Source of the DNA: Tubulanus polymorphus
Taxonomy: Eukaryota > Animalia > Nemertea
Assembly: GCF_964204645.1 (NCBI RefSeq)
Contig: NW_027437431.1
Coordinates: 1-64,000 of the forward strand
Length of the DNA stretch: 64,000 bases
Reading direction: 5' to 3'
The notes below the pieces were generated by a model. The model worked only from the letters and a program-made list of their open reading frames with translations. It was not told the origin of the DNA and ran no database searches. This document shows positions 12,401 through 26,580 of the stretch, piece after piece. Every line of letters starts with the position of its first letter. Positions within the stretch are counted from its first letter, which is position 1. The translations under genes and the position numbers were made by a program.

Positions 12401-13760
12401 GTATGTGAACCAATGTTGGGGTTGTCAAACTCAATGAGAATGTATTTAGGAGAATAAATACTTCATCTGAGAAATCAATTGGGATGGGAGGGATGAACCC
12501 AATAACATTACCCTGTGCACCATTTACCAGTCCATCTTTGACATTGACATTTTTGGTAAGCATAACTCTAGCATTCAGGCAAACTTCTAATGTAGTCGGC
12601 AATCCAGCTGTTGCTGCATGGGTACCACGATCAATTGGCTCTTTGATAGGAAGATGAGTATTTCCCTCTTTGCAAGTGTCTTTTGCTTTAACAGTAACAA
12701 CAGGAGTTTGCGTTGCATAGACTGTATTAGCTTTTTATTGTGGGTCTCAACTCATTTGTTCGTCGGGAAAATGTGCAGAGCCTCTCTAGGTTAGGAAATA
12801 TCATCACGAGAGATCAATCTCGAAGAAATCATATTGTGATCATTATGAGTTAAAGCATTGACTCTAGTCCGGTTAAGTAGCTATGCAAAAGACTTGTCTT
12901 CTCTTTGCCGCATTATTTCGCTGAGTTCAATTCTTTTGAAAATCGAACCGTAGCATGGCGCAAGATATGAAGGATTGGCTTTAAAGAGACTTGCCTGAGC
13001 ATCTGGGGCCAATTGCAACATATCACCAATAACAACTAATACAGTGATGCCACCAAATAGAGAGTTGTTACCTTTTATTTCCATTAGGCGTTGATCTATA
13101 TAGAGAAGCATGTCATAACCCACCATAGAAATCTCATCTATTATCAAGATCTTGAGGTTAGCAAAAGCAACTTGGAAAGAGTGTTTGGTTTCAGGAGGGT
13201 AGTAGGTTTTGAAACGTTGATTCACTGGCAAATGAAATGCAGTATGAAGAGTTATGCCTTTGATGTTGAAAGCAGCAGTGCCAGTAGGAGCAGTCAACAA
13301 CACAGTAATGTCATCTGATAATTCATCTGTGTGATGATGGAATCTATGACTAGCAGTATGATAGATAGTTGTTATCAAATGGCTTTCCCCTGTTCCACCT
13401 GGTCCTGAAACAAAAATGCTAAAGGGCTCAGGACATGGACAGTCAGGGTTTTTCTTATGTTGAGAAAATTCAGTTCACCAGGTGACGAGCAGTTGGAAGA
13501 TATTACGTTGTTGGAAGTTCAACTGCTGAGCCATGAATCTCAACTCCTGTAGAGCAGGGACATTATCTTGAACATGAATAGATACATGGGAGGAACCTAA
13601 ATCTACAGACTGTTGACCATGAGGTTGAAAGGCAATTAAAGCTGGAGATAAGCCTTCAACCATAGCATCGAAGTCTTCTTGTTGTGATTAAGAAGCCAGA
13701 TCATTCCAAGGGTCATTATTCGGACCAATAGTTTCATAAGCATCAAGAGCATTATCTATG

Positions 13761-15529
13761 TCAATAAACCATTTTACAGTTGCTAGCCGCCATTTTGTTA
13801 GGGTACTTTTGTCCCGTATTGTTGGGTCATTTTTTTCTATTTTTTAAAAACTGTCCGTGATGTGTGTTGTATCATATTTCATCTGTCCATGGATGGATTT
13901 TGACAACTTCAGCAACATTCAAACTGCGTGAATCTCTAGTTTTCAGTTATGTAAAAATAATTTCTCAAATTTACAACAATGCGACATGAGAGCGATATAA
14001 AAATCGGTGGTCAGTTTTTGCCGTGCGCATAGAAATCAAGGGTACTGAACTTTGAAGTTCGTTATTTTCAGAAATAATTTTCTAAAAAATCCTAGCATTT
14101 CAAGAACTATGCGCATAAATGCCCCCTTTCAGGTGAACTTTGAAATTTTAAGATATCTTGCCTATTTTTTTTTCTATGGCACTTTAACTGCAGCGCGTGT
14201 ATTGTCATTCCGAGATTCGGCGCTGTTTTCTTTGCGTGTATTTCAGTATATGGGTGTTATTTTTTCACTTTTACTACACTTGTCTCTACGGAAAATGGTT
14301 TTAATTGTTGGTACGAGTATCAGGTTTTAATATTACGTCATTTATGCAATATAATAGATCGAAGACATTAGAGATGTTGGAGTTAAAGGGATTTTTTTAC
14401 CAGTTTTAGCAGCGAGACTGAACGGCATTTTGATCACGTATTCGAAGTTGCGCGCGGGAAGAGAATATATGGGCCTATATTGAGATGGAAGAAGAAAAGA
14501 AATATAACACACAAAATCGAGTATGATGACCATTTAAATCAGTAGTCTATCAATAAATTTACATAAAAATCTACTGAAATTAGATGGATGGAGAAGTGGT
14601 CAAAAAGCTGGACAAATGGGTTGGGGCAAATATTCAGCTACTTTCTATGAATACTTTCTATTAAGTACACACAAGATTGATTAGATTGGGAAGAAAATAT
14701 AGGAGAACGTTTTCTTGCTTTGGTGGTGACATATCAAGTATCAAGTCCTAATGTCAGACACCGGTGATAAAAAGTAAAAAGTGACATCTACCATCACAAA
14801 AACGCAAGAAGTGTGTGGATTGCATTTACAACAAAAGAGTGATATTTTGGGTTTTCTTGGGTGCATGTACGTAAGCCTCTGCCTGCTGTAAAAGCGGCTA
14901 CCAATACAGCCATTACGAACTAGCGCCGGAGAACGGAATACAGTATTAATGCCGTAATATTAAAACCTGATACTCGTACCAACAATTAAAACCATTTTCC
15001 GTAGAGACAAGTGTAGTAAAAATGAAAAAATAACGCCCATATACTGAAATACACGCAAAGAAAACAGCGCCGAATCTCGGAATGACAATACACGCGCTGC
15101 AGTTAAAGTGCCATAGGAAAACAAACTAGGCAAGATATCTTAAAATTTCAAAGTTCACCTGAAAGGGGGCATTTATGCGCACAGTTCTTGAAATGCTTGG
15201 ATTTTTTAGAAAATTACTTCTGAAAATAACAAACTTCAAAGTTCAGTACCCTTGATTTCTATGCGCACGGCAAAAACTGACCACCGATTTTTATATTGCT
15301 CTCATGTCGCATTGTTGTAAATTTGAGAAATGATTTTTACATAACTGATACTAGAGATTCACGCGGTTTGAATGTTGCTGAAGTTGTCAAAATCCATCCA
15401 TGGACAGATGAAATATGATACAACACGCATCACGGATAGTTTTTAAAAAAGAGAAAAAAATGACCCAACAATACGGGACATAAGTACCCTAACAAAATGG
15501 CGGCTAGCAACTGTAAAATGGTTTATTGA
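13761..15529. mobile_element. Foldback-type non-autonomous element with about 580-bp terminal inverted repeats, inserted in the Helentron
   Basis: 13761-14337 is a near-perfect reverse complement of 14953-15529 (TCAATAAACCATTTTACAGTTGCTAGCCGCC...). The spacer of about 615 bp is non-coding. Confidence 0.85.
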
Positions 15530-17559
15530 GTTACGGTCAAACTGTTCACGATGTAATGTTACAATATCCAGGTATCTAGGCATTTTTCCATGAAAGTTGA
15601 GGTGATTAGGTCACTGTCTTCATGTCTCCAAGGAAAATACAGCATCAACCTACTATGATAATACCTCTCAGGTTATTTCTGTACTGAAAATTTATGAGTT
15701 CGAATTACAGCAGGCTTAGCGCGTTGAGTTATGTGAATTTGTTCAATACGGTCGATGGTTTTAATAAACTGCTTGCTTTCAGGGTTCCAAGTGTGTCGAA
15801 AACCTTCTATAGAACTATAGTATGATTGATGATAGGTTTAGCATGGTAAAGATGAGACGCAGTGTCACGAGTTCTGTAGGTGATGTTAGCTGTCTGCAAA
15901 CTAAAGTTTTTGATGCTGGGGGCTTTGGAAAGGAGAATCCACACTTTTTACTTGTTTTTCAGCAGGATGGTGAATGAGTGTTTCTCGACTAGTATGACCA
16001 AAATAGACATTTGTTCATCATCATCAGGGATCGAAGCAGTGATGTAAGAATCAACATATTTCTGTACTTCTTCATCGTTTGAGTCAGATAGATGTGAAGT
16101 ATTCTTTATCCAGAAAACAGCATGAATATGAGGAAAACTGAAATGAGGATATATGAAAGTAAAAGATGCAATAATCACAGTAGGAAGTGTTAAACAAGTA
16201 AAAATTGAAGGATAACAAATATCAGTTTCATTGGAAATGAGATTGAATAATGGTGTTTGAGAAATCACCTCGCTGTAAGAACTCAACTCTATATGTATAT
16301 GCTGAAACTGTGCCAATAGGACCATCATCTTTTAGTAGCAGATGTTTGAAAAACAGCTGAACTCTGTAATCAAAGTGACGAGCAGCTGTTACAGGATTCT
16401 GGCGCAACCACTTATTTTCTTCTTCCCATGTCATAGCATTGACATCATCAACAGACAGATAAGACCCATACTGAGCTGCGATGATTTGTATTACATAAGG
16501 CCACTTGAGGTCAGCAGCAGAAAGTGTCAGAAAGAAGGTAAAGATGCCTAGTTGCCGAACCATAGCCAAAAGGTCATAAAACATCTTCTTCAGTAAGGAG
16601 GGGATCCGTGAATATTTTTCAGAAACTGATAACCATCATCAGATGATAATTTTAGGGTTTCTGGCTTTTTCAAAGACCCAGTCCTCACATCTGTTTCCAG
16701 TGTTACTTGATTATTTCTTCAAATGGCTATAGATATACAATCATTAATTTGCTTCATCTCCGTTACATGTTGAGCATAGAATAGGTATGGTATACACCTG
16801 GCAAATCATTGATTATATCCACACAAGCGTGCTTTGAAATATTGCTTCAGTGATAATATTAAGAGGCTTTTGATGCATCATGACCAAAAACTCCATTAGG
16901 GAAGAGTTGTGGGAAAGACAGAACATCACTGGCAGGATCATCGAGGATGCTCAGAGGTTTCTGTGCTTCTCCTGGAGCAATTTCTATAATTTCGTTTCCT
17001 TTATCGGTAGATGTTGTATCAACATTAACTGGAACATTGACAACTGTTTCAAGTATTGCATTTTGCTTTCCTCTAGGAAGAGCCATAATCTTCATGAAAG
17101 GAATTCTTTGTGATATCATAGTAGCTTCCAAATCAGATAAACCTTTGAATTCATCACTTAAAGGTGGAAGATCTAATTTGTTGGCCTTTGCTCCTGCAGG
17201 CATACATCCCCTTTTAATACTGTTATGGCAAGTATGGCAAATATATGTCAAGCCATCAGAACTAGGCAATGCATAACGGATAAGACACTCCTGTAATAAT
17301 GTATCAGGAGTGTTAACGTACTTTGAAGCACCAAAAGGAATGCAGGAAACTTTATACATCAGCATATGACAACAAATGCAGACTAAGGTTGGTCAACATG
17401 AAACAGAAGTTTCAAAGGTTCCCATACTAGAAGAATTGAACGTATTAATATTTTGTCGATATGAGCTTTGAAGCATGTTTTCTACTTTGTCCCGTTTACC
17501 ATTCTTTAAGCTTATTTTCTTCGACTGTAAGTGTAGTTCCTTTTCCTTTTTTTGTTGAA

Positions 17560-17885
17560 CAAGATCAGATCTGGTAAGGTTTTTACTACGTAGTTCCACA
17601 ATGCGTTCTGCTTGACGTTTAGCAGAATCAGATCTGGATGACTGCCGTTGTTGTTAGTCAGCCTTTTTCTTTTTCGCATTTAGCAGGATCAGATCTTGTT
17701 TTGTTTTTACTACGCAGTCCGATGACACGTTCTGCTCGACGTTTAGCAGGATAAGATCTGGATGACTGCCGTTGTTGTAAGTCAGCCTTTTTTCGTGTTT
17801 AGCAGGATCAGATCTGGTTTTGTTTTTACTATGCAGTCCGACGACACGTTCTGCTTGACGTTTAGTGGCATCAGATCTGGCTTTC
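17560..17885 (-). repeat. Coding tandem repeats in the Helentron N-terminal region
   Basis: Recurring GGATCAGATCTGG units that encode RSD(P/A/S)xKRQAER-like peptides. Confidence 0.55.
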
Positions 17886-20049
17886 ATTTTACTCAAAAGC
17901 TCAATTTTTTTTTCTTTTTCACGTTAAGGATCATTTCGAAGTGTTGATCATTTCGATGTGTTGATCGGCGAAGTTTGTCCAAAATTGTCTCCCTTGTTTT
18001 ATAATTGGTATCTAAACGTCTAATCTTTTTACGTAGGGCATCTTTGGTACAGTGATTATCTTGATTCTCTTGAAAGTGCATTGAAGTACTGTGGGCATGT
18101 TGTAATTCCAACTGGTCTGTAGATATGTGCTGAATGGCTTGTAGAATGCCTGAAAATTTAATGAGGGACATGAAACTTAGAATTTCAATTAGTCGATTTT
18201 GTGTGCAGGTATGGAAAAAGACAGATTTTTTTAGCTCGAATACATGGAATAAAGAAATGTGAGAAGAGTATCACATATTGTTCTAACAGGATATGAAGCG
18301 TCGGTGCAAAGATTTTTGTAACAATATGGCAAGAAAATGAAGGCAATGTGAATTGATTGATATTGAACAAAGATACAGCTGAGATTGAGTTGTAGATGTG
18401 GAATTTGAGGTGTTTGGTATTATGTACTGCATCATTTGCCTAAAAGAAAATAAATCAGTAAACTAACTAGGAAAGACCCATATGCAATCTATGAGGACAG
18501 TTATTTCTTATATTTACTCAAGTTACTATTCACAGAGAGTACCAGTACATTAAAAGAAGTAATAAAAACGTAGGATGCTGAGATGATAGATGACAGTGGT
18601 TGATAATGTGTACTATCAATATTAGTTATAACCTTCTCTGGGTAAGTAAGATAAACCTTGAGCTAAAAGAAATCATCTTATTCAGAAATCATGATTCAGT
18701 AGGTTCTATAATGGGCATAGTGGTAATGGAAAGAATAATGAGTTACACTGATATTGCATTGAACAAAAAATAACTGATAACTTACTAAGAACTACCTGAT
18801 GCTGTTTTCGTAATTTATCCTCTTCTCTTTTTTACGTGGGCTTTTTGATTTAAATTTCGGCATCGTTGCTGCATGAAGGTTGAAGAAACTGAAGTGGAGT
18901 AGTTTTGATTAGTTGTGCCTTAAACCAAACTACTGTATTCTGTAGCGTTAAGCTATTATCCATATAATTTCTACCTTTCTAGGCACATGGTTTAACTTCA
19001 CATCACTATAATTGGGAGGTGCAATGGCAGGTTTTCCCGCCAGATGGCGTGACGAATACTCAGTGTTTCGATGTCAATCAAGATCAGTTCATATTTGATG
19101 AACTTCAAACTGAAATTTTAGGCTCCCGAATCCATACATTATCATATGACCCCACAAATATACTTAATATTCATTTTCCTACTTAGATGTCGGTGTAGTT
19201 TCCATAATATCTGATAAGAGAAAAGTCCATTCGGTTTTCATTGAAAAGTAGAAGAGCACGAAAGACCGAGTAACTACTAGCGAAACCGGCGGATTCTTGC
19301 TTGTCACAGGAGTGCTGGTAGTTCCCCATTGCTTAATGCCAATGAATAGAGTAGTTAGGTATATTGACTGCCAGAGTAATGTTATAAAAGTTAGAGAAAC
19401 TTATGTGAAAGTCATCATTACATGACAATCACCCCGAGTAATGATGACTTGCATGCACCACTTGTCATGCATATGTCAAGGTGGCAATGCAGACTTGTAT
19501 TATCACTGCCACAATGCAGACAGAAGTGTTGCATGATCTTACTTAGAAAATATATATATACTAAATGATCTGAAAGTACAATTTATTGTCAAAACCTTTT
19601 TTGATCGTACGAACATTAATACAAGAACTCTAACACATTCGTTCTTCGGATATAGGCAAGTAGGAAACTTTAGCAACTTTTGAATGTAGCATTAAGACGA
19701 GATATAATAACAGTGGTAGACATAATCCTACACTTAAAGTCTAGCCGAATTGACTAGACGATGAAAAAGAACATTTGAAATAATACACGAAACAACTAAA
19801 GTGCCCTGTTTAGCGTTTGTAGTATTAAGCTTTTGTAGGCCTAGTCGAAGTACTGTCAGTACTTGCAACACAATTACAACATCTTAAGTCTAGACAAATT
19901 TTACTAGACTATCAAAAGTTATATAAAAACACAAATGAATTAATGTCAACAGATAGGAAGATATAGCAAATACATAAAACATGTCTACTATGTATGCACT
20001 TGTTTATTCATTATAGTTGTCTGTGGCGATGCTTTGGTCATTAATGTCC

Positions 20050-21190
20050 ATCACATCAGCATTTATACTGAGTCAACTTTAACTGGTGTACTAGTTAGTG
20101 CTTCATCCATAGTGAATTCATCGTCACCAAAATCGACCATGACCAGTCTCCGTCGTCTAGGAATTTGGTCCAGTTGTTGTGACATATTAGTAAGTTTCTC
20201 TTTGAGAGGAAGCCATGCTGATTTGGAGAGATCATGTTTTCTGTTGTCAGGTGATTCATAATTTCGTCTCTTGATGGTTTCTAATATTTTGCAACATATT
20301 GCATGTTAGGCTAGCGGGTCTGTAGTTAGATGATTTGGATTTATCGCCCTTTTTGTGGATCGGTTTAAATATCCCCATTTTTCATTCCGACGGCAGTGTA
20401 CAGGTAGTGAGCGATTTTTGGAATATTATCTAACTTGTCTGCTATTTCTTTCAATAGTCTGGGATCGAGCTTATATGGACCTGGACTCTTACTCGTTTTG
20501 AGGTTTTTGAGTTTCTCCAGAACTGATGCAGCTGTGACGTGTTGATCCACGTGGCCAATATTTCTACCTACTGTCAGAGGGGTAGGGTGGGGGATGTTGT
20601 GAACATCCTCAGTAACGAATACACTGCTGAAATATCTATTAAAAATCTCGGCTTTTTCGGTGTTTTCCGAAGCGATGACCTCATTATGATGAATAGCTGG
20701 AATCTTGGAATTTCTTGATCAATGGCTTTTTCACGGTTTGAAAGAATTAGATCTAAAAGGCTCGGTTGTTGGTTTGGCCGGTACCTTGTTGGCTCATCTA
20801 CGAATTGGCGAAGATAGCAGTCGTTTACCGTTTCGATAAATAGGCTTGATGCATGGTTTCTGTTTGCCATAGATGTTTCAGTCTCCCAATTTATTTCAGG
20901 GAGGTTGAAATCACCAGTAATCAATAGGTCGTCACAAGCCCCCCTTTCATCTGACATACTTCTAATCACGTTGTTTAACTTCATATTGTTTTCGGTGGTA
21001 GAATTTGGGCTCCTGTATATAGTACCGAAGAAGGGAATTTCCATCCTCCTTTGGGACCCTAATCCACTTGTTTTCGGAGGCATTTATTTTCGGGGTTATT
21101 TCGTTAATCATCATATTGTTTCCAACGTATTTACAAATACCGCGCCCGATCTCATTTAAATTATTAACAGGGGCTTGATATCCAGGACCC
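20050..21190 (-). pseudogene. CR1-type LINE ORF2 fragments (APE plus RT N-terminus)
   Basis: IYRSPN, ITGDFNLPEINW, PSLLDLIL, KSPGPYKLDPRLLKE, NYRPASLT. Confidence 0.75.
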
Positions 21191-21297
21191 GGTTTCACAG
21201 TTCCGAATTAAGATTTGACTCAAGAGTTAACTCATTGAAAATGAACTCATTTTAAATCAGAGTTAACTCTAACTCACAACTGTGGGAACTGGATCCA
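21186..21297. mobile_element. Small MITE-like inverted-repeat element
   Basis: Imperfect termini GGACCCGGTTTCACAGTT...AACTGTGGGAACTGGATCC with internal GAGTTAACTC palindromes. Confidence 0.4.
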
Positions 21298-22131
21298 GGT
21301 AACAACAGAGAGTCCGGATTTACGTTCTCTCCGAAAGGGCTAACGCGCTCGACGGTTCTTCTATTTCGCGTAGAAATGTGACCGAGGTTTCTAACCTATA
21401 CATAGTGTTTTCAGCCACGTGACACATTCCAAATCTTTGAAAAGTCATATCTCGTGTAGCCCCTAACCTCCGCGTAAAATATCGTTCCCAATGTCGGCAA
21501 GTCAAACTAACCTACGTAAAATTTCTCTTTCCCAATGTCGGCAAGTAAAAATAACCTACACTGATCTCTGGCGCATTGATTCTTTTTTGTGATAAGTCTC
21601 ATCGTCCTACTTTTCCGTATACGCACATGTACTAAAATGGATACTTGAGCCGGGTTTCACATAAAAATGTCTGTGGATATAACAATAAAATTTCGTAACA
21701 CAAAAAAATATTTGCCCCAACTACAATGCAGGAAGATTTTTAAAAAGGGCAGGAGCAGATACAAAAAGGGCTTTAACCAATATCTCTGGAGAAGGCTAGC
21801 AGTACTGTCCCTGTTATTTCCGACGGCTAGCGGTACTGTCCCTGTTATTTCCGACCCTCAAATCCAAGGCAGAAAAAATCCCAGAGAAATATCAGTTCAG
21901 CATATTCTTCAAATAACTATACCGGTAAATACATCTTTATTTCACAATCGGAAAAACCACAAATAATCTTTTAATGAAATTAGAACAATAGCGTTTACTG
22001 CAACAATTCTAAACGTAATTGAGGTTTTAAGAAAATAGAAACATGACTTGATAACAATGAATTCATAACAGAAAATCTTATTGCTAAAAAAAGTCAGAGA
22101 GTTTGTTGTATACGAGTACGTATGAAAATAT

Positions 22132-25100
22132 CGTCAATAGTAGGACGAAGGGTGAATGGGAATTTTTTACAGTTTTTAACTGAGCCCACTAGGAACATTA
22201 TGGGGATGGTTTCTATGGCCTTATGAAGTATTTTTGTCTATTTTTACTGGAAATACGATTTCTAAAAATCCACTAAGGTCATCTAAAATATTAAGCCCAA
22301 TTACCTCATTCGCCATTTTGTTAAATATGCATTGCTATAGTAACGACTTAGCAACTACAAGTGGGGCGAATGAGTGAAATTTAAAAACAAAAACGATATG
22401 GCCTAAATTTCATTATCGATTCTGTTTGACTGAGTCGTTTAGTAACCTGACAAATTTCAAAAACGTTTCCTATTGGTGGAGATTTCATTCATCGTCATTG
22501 AGTTTTGCTTGTCATCGGTGGTGAAACGAATATAAAAAAATCTACATTATCAAAGGTAAGTTTTGCTTTACGGAGCCTAATCGTATATTTTGATATTTCT
22601 AAATACAATGATTATTATCATATTGAAATTCATTTCACATTATCCGAATACATATTCTTATTTCTATATAGATGGAACCGTCTGAGTTAATCGCTGATCT
22701 AGTTTCTGTAAGCTAGTGCGAACTCGTTAAAGGTTACAGCAGATACAAGATAGGCGCAAGAATTCGTTATCGGTGGAGCAAAAGGTGGTGGTACGGAAAA
22801 ATAGTCGATACTGATATAGTTTCAGAAGATAAAGATAACGATGTTCCCATGACAGTTCTGTTAAAAGCTAATTGTGGAGAATCTCATGAAAATGTAAGCA
22901 TGTTTAATTATATCGAAAATATTCCACCATCTCCTAAGATAGCAGAGGAAACTGAGCGTCCTGTATTCAAGGATATAACAAACGTCTGCTTGTGCGAATT
23001 GAAAAGTTGCGAAGAAGTTTTTGCTGCATGTAACTCATGCAGACCATGCTGTGTTATAACCATTTTACTCAGGAGAATTGCCCAGTTCGTAACCCTCAAC
23101 CTTCGGTGACAGAAGATTCGTTGATGAACGTCGAAATATCCCCAGAAATCTATATAGTAGAAGGTGAAGAACAAGAGCCAATATCACCCCTCCTTCCTCC
23201 AGAAAAACCAACAGAAAAACGATCAAAGGCAAGAAGAAAATTAGTGAAAGAAAATAGAAATCGAGGAATTGAATACTCAACAGAAAAAAGTGACATCACT
23301 AAATCAATGCAATTGGCGATACATGCAAGACGTTAATAGTTTAATCTCCACTTTCGACAACCTAAACCCTACAACCAGCATTGTTCAGCTAGCCAAATTT
23401 ATTAAACTCGGTCTGCCATTGTCCTAATATTTCTTCGATTAATGTTCTGTATATTTTCAATTATGTTTTAACTCTTCTGTAATTAGTGTTAATTATGCTT
23501 CATTTTATTATTTGTTTATCTCCTATTATGTATATACTTGATTTTCCGAATTTGTATCAGTTGCAAACAATGTTTTATTAATGTTTATGCTGAATAAAGA
23601 TTGAATTGAATTGAATTGCAAGAATATAGGAAGATGTCTGCAAAAATCCTATGTTTGCGATAGTATCACTAACGAACGCACAGAGCAAATCTTCCTCTCA
23701 TATTGGCATAAAGGTGATTTGAGGGAACTGCGCCATTGAATTAAGTCTCACATTACATCAAATGAACCCATGAGACAACAAATAAACAGTCGAAAGTCCA
23801 GAACCATCAAATACTTTCTTCCAGATACTGAGGGCCATCTGCTACCAGTATGCAGAATCTTGTTTTTCAATACACTTTGTGTCAGTGAAAAGGTTGTCCC
23901 GACGGTACTTAGTAAAACTGACGAAACTGGTGCCCTTGAAGATGAGCATCGTGGTGGTCGAGTTGCAACTCTTGCAGCACGAGACAATGTATTACGTCAA
24001 TGCGTCGAAGGTCACATCAACAGATTCCCCAGAACAGAATAAAACTACTGTAGGAGAGACACAAAATTTCAGTACCTTTTACCAGACCCCACCCAAAGAA
24101 AAATGTGGGAATTGTATGACCACGAGTGACAACCAGAAAACAAAGTGTCTTTCTCATACTATTGCAAGGTCTTCAAATCTATGAAATTGAAATTTCATTA
24201 TCCCAAGAAAGATGCATGTGGTTTATGCGAATCATATCGTAACGGAAATGAAACAGAGAAGGCCAAACTGAAGGGTCAATTTGAAAGCCACATCAGTGAA
24301 AAGGAGAAAGTTCGGAATATCAAATTGTCTTTGAAATGTCATGCATCATTAAATGACAAGATAACATCTGTTCATTTGATCTACAACAAATAATATTCCT
24401 ACCAAAAACAAACCGCTCGTTAATATTCTACAGTAGAAGATTATCTTGTTATAACTTTACGATATACGATGTCAATTCGAAACATTGTGAATGTTTTTTA
24501 TGGCATGAAGGCATTGCTGGTCGAGGTTCAAACGAAATCGCCTCATGCGTGTATCAGTACTTGAAAAGAATTGACGCATACTCTGTACGCCATTTATTCC
24601 TTTTTGCTGATGGATGTTCCGGGCAGAATAAGATTAGTATTTTATCGTGTATGCTTTTGTACTTTGTCCAGAATAGCGTTAATGTACAACAATGTATAAC
24701 AATACATTATTTTGAACCACACCACGGTCAAAACGAGGGCAATGCTGTACACAGAGTTGCGTCGAACGCGCAATAAAACGAATTCCGGAGATTATGACAC
24801 CGAGCGAATTTTTGGCAATAATCAAAATGGCACGCTTGAGATCAACAACTAGCGTCACTCAAGTGGATACTGGCGATATCCTGAACTGGAAAGATTTGGC
24901 GAAAAATCTGTCCATTCTTCGCATTCGAGAGGCCAGCGATGGTTGGTTGGAAATTGACTGGAAAAAGTTTGCGAGTTGCAAGTGAACAAAGTTCACCCAG
25001 CATAATCGGATTCAAGATGTCGCATCATGATGACGTATTCGCACCTTTAGATCGTAAGTCGAGACGAAACTTCGTAGAGATGGTCCCATATCCAATGCCG

Positions 25101-25691
25101 GCGTACGATGAAAAACCGAAGTTGAGCGCCGGCAAGTTGAATGATCTGATGCGTTTATGTCAGGGAGAAATGCCGGTAATCAGTAATTCGGATACAAAAG
25201 CGTTTTACCAAAATCTTTCCCACAAGAAATTGAGAGTTGAATTGTTTGTTTCGAAAATAAATTTACTTTTCGTGGATTTCCTGTGTTTTGATACTTTTTC
25301 TTTCTAGTAAATGATAGATATCATTTTAAGATACACATTTCCATACACAGAAAGGACAAATGAAGGACGAATCGGAGTATTAATTTGATTCCTGTTATGA
25401 CAAATGGGTGAATCGAGGGCAATTGAACCATCAATGCTAAGTGGTTGATTTTACGAAAGGGCGAATGGGACATCTATATTCAATGAGACCAAACACACTA
25501 AATTCATGTCCAAAATGATAAATATTTGTCATGTTGATAGAAATTATCAAGATTTAATAAATGGTACCAAATAAGAATTAATAGCATACATATTTACTTG
25601 ATTTTAGCGGTCTGAATTCAAAGAAGAATTCAGACACGCAATAACCCAAATGTTCTATTACCCCATTCGCCCCTTCGTCCTACTACTGACG
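22132..25691 (+). mobile_element. Degenerate Sola-like (Sola1) DDD DNA transposon
   Basis: About 30-bp inverted termini CGTCAATAGTAGGACGAAGGG.../...CCCTTCGTCCTACTACTGACG. Transposase motifs FHYPKKDACGLC, DLQQ, YNFTIYD, WHEGIAGRGSNEIASC, FADGCSGQNK, HHGQNEGNAVH. Confidence 0.7.
23331..23616 (+). mobile_element. 5'-truncated LINE 3' end inserted in the Sola transposase
   Basis: Ends in AATAAA followed by (ATTGA)n. Flanked by a 7-bp duplication TGCAAGA (23324-23330 and 23617-23623). Confidence 0.6.
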
Positions 25692-26162
25692 TCATATCAG
25701 AAAATCTTATTGTTAAAAGTCAGAGAGTTTGTTGTATACGAGTATGAAAATATGATATATCTTTATCAAAGTGACATGTGTATATAATAGTTCATTTGCT
25801 TACAATTGTTTGTTTTTATCACCCCCAATAGGTATCTACAAGTCGTTTGGATAAAGCTAATAAAGGACCATGGGTCCAGAAGGATCAACTGAGTACATTT
25901 TAGTTTTGAGCACAAAATCGATTTGTTCTTAGATTTGCAACAAAATCAGAAAAGTTACAACCAAATTTTCAAATGTTCCATAAGATTCTTATACAAAATG
26001 ATACTTGACAGTTTGGTCAATATAAGCATAATATAAAAGCTGTATAAAATGAGAAACTGGAGGTCCAGAGACACGATGCCCACTAGCTGAAATGCTTGAT
26101 AATCTGATCATTTTAATATGCATGACCCTGGTGATCAAATAAAAATTCCATACCAACATTCC

Positions 26163-26580
26163 GGTATCAGGACAATTGCCCCCGGACAATTGCCCCCCAA
26201 ATTAAATCTTCTTAATCTTAAAGTAACACAGATATTTACACAAATTAATTAGACAAAATGAACTAATTCTAGCTAATTACTCTAGGACAGCTTTAAAGTT
26301 TTTGATTGGCTAAAGTAACACTAAAACTAATTCCAATAAATTAGCCGACGTTAACGATTGCACAAATAAGTGGACCTATTAAGTTTTCTTTAATTCGGTA
26401 AGTGAATTATCATTACGCAAGGACTGATTTAAAGTTTTTGATCTGCATACAACATCAGTAATTCTATATCTTATAAATCTATATTCAATAATAGACAAAT
26501 CAATTTCTAAGTAAAGTATTTAGGTGGTGTTAATACAAATCAAAAAGGATTTTATTCGGGGGGCAATTGTCCTAGAATCC
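26163..26580. mobile_element. MITE with an 8-bp target duplication (hAT/MULE-like)
   Basis: Inverted AGGACAATTGCCCCC / GGGGGCAATTGTCCT near the ends. AACATTCC on both flanks. Confidence 0.65.

Larger units (their letters stand above)
11341..18430 (-). mobile_element. Degenerate Helentron (Helitron Rep + Pif1 helicase + C-terminal APE-like endonuclease)
   Basis: Rep motifs MVRQLGIFTFFLTLSAAD, RVEFLQRG, PHIHAVFW. Pif1 motifs SGPGGTG, APTGTAAFNIKGITLH, IIDEISMV, GDMLQL, LSEIMRQ, KVQGQT, QLYVVLSRV. Endonuclease motifs SLTETW and GDFN. Many stops and frameshifts. Confidence 0.85.
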
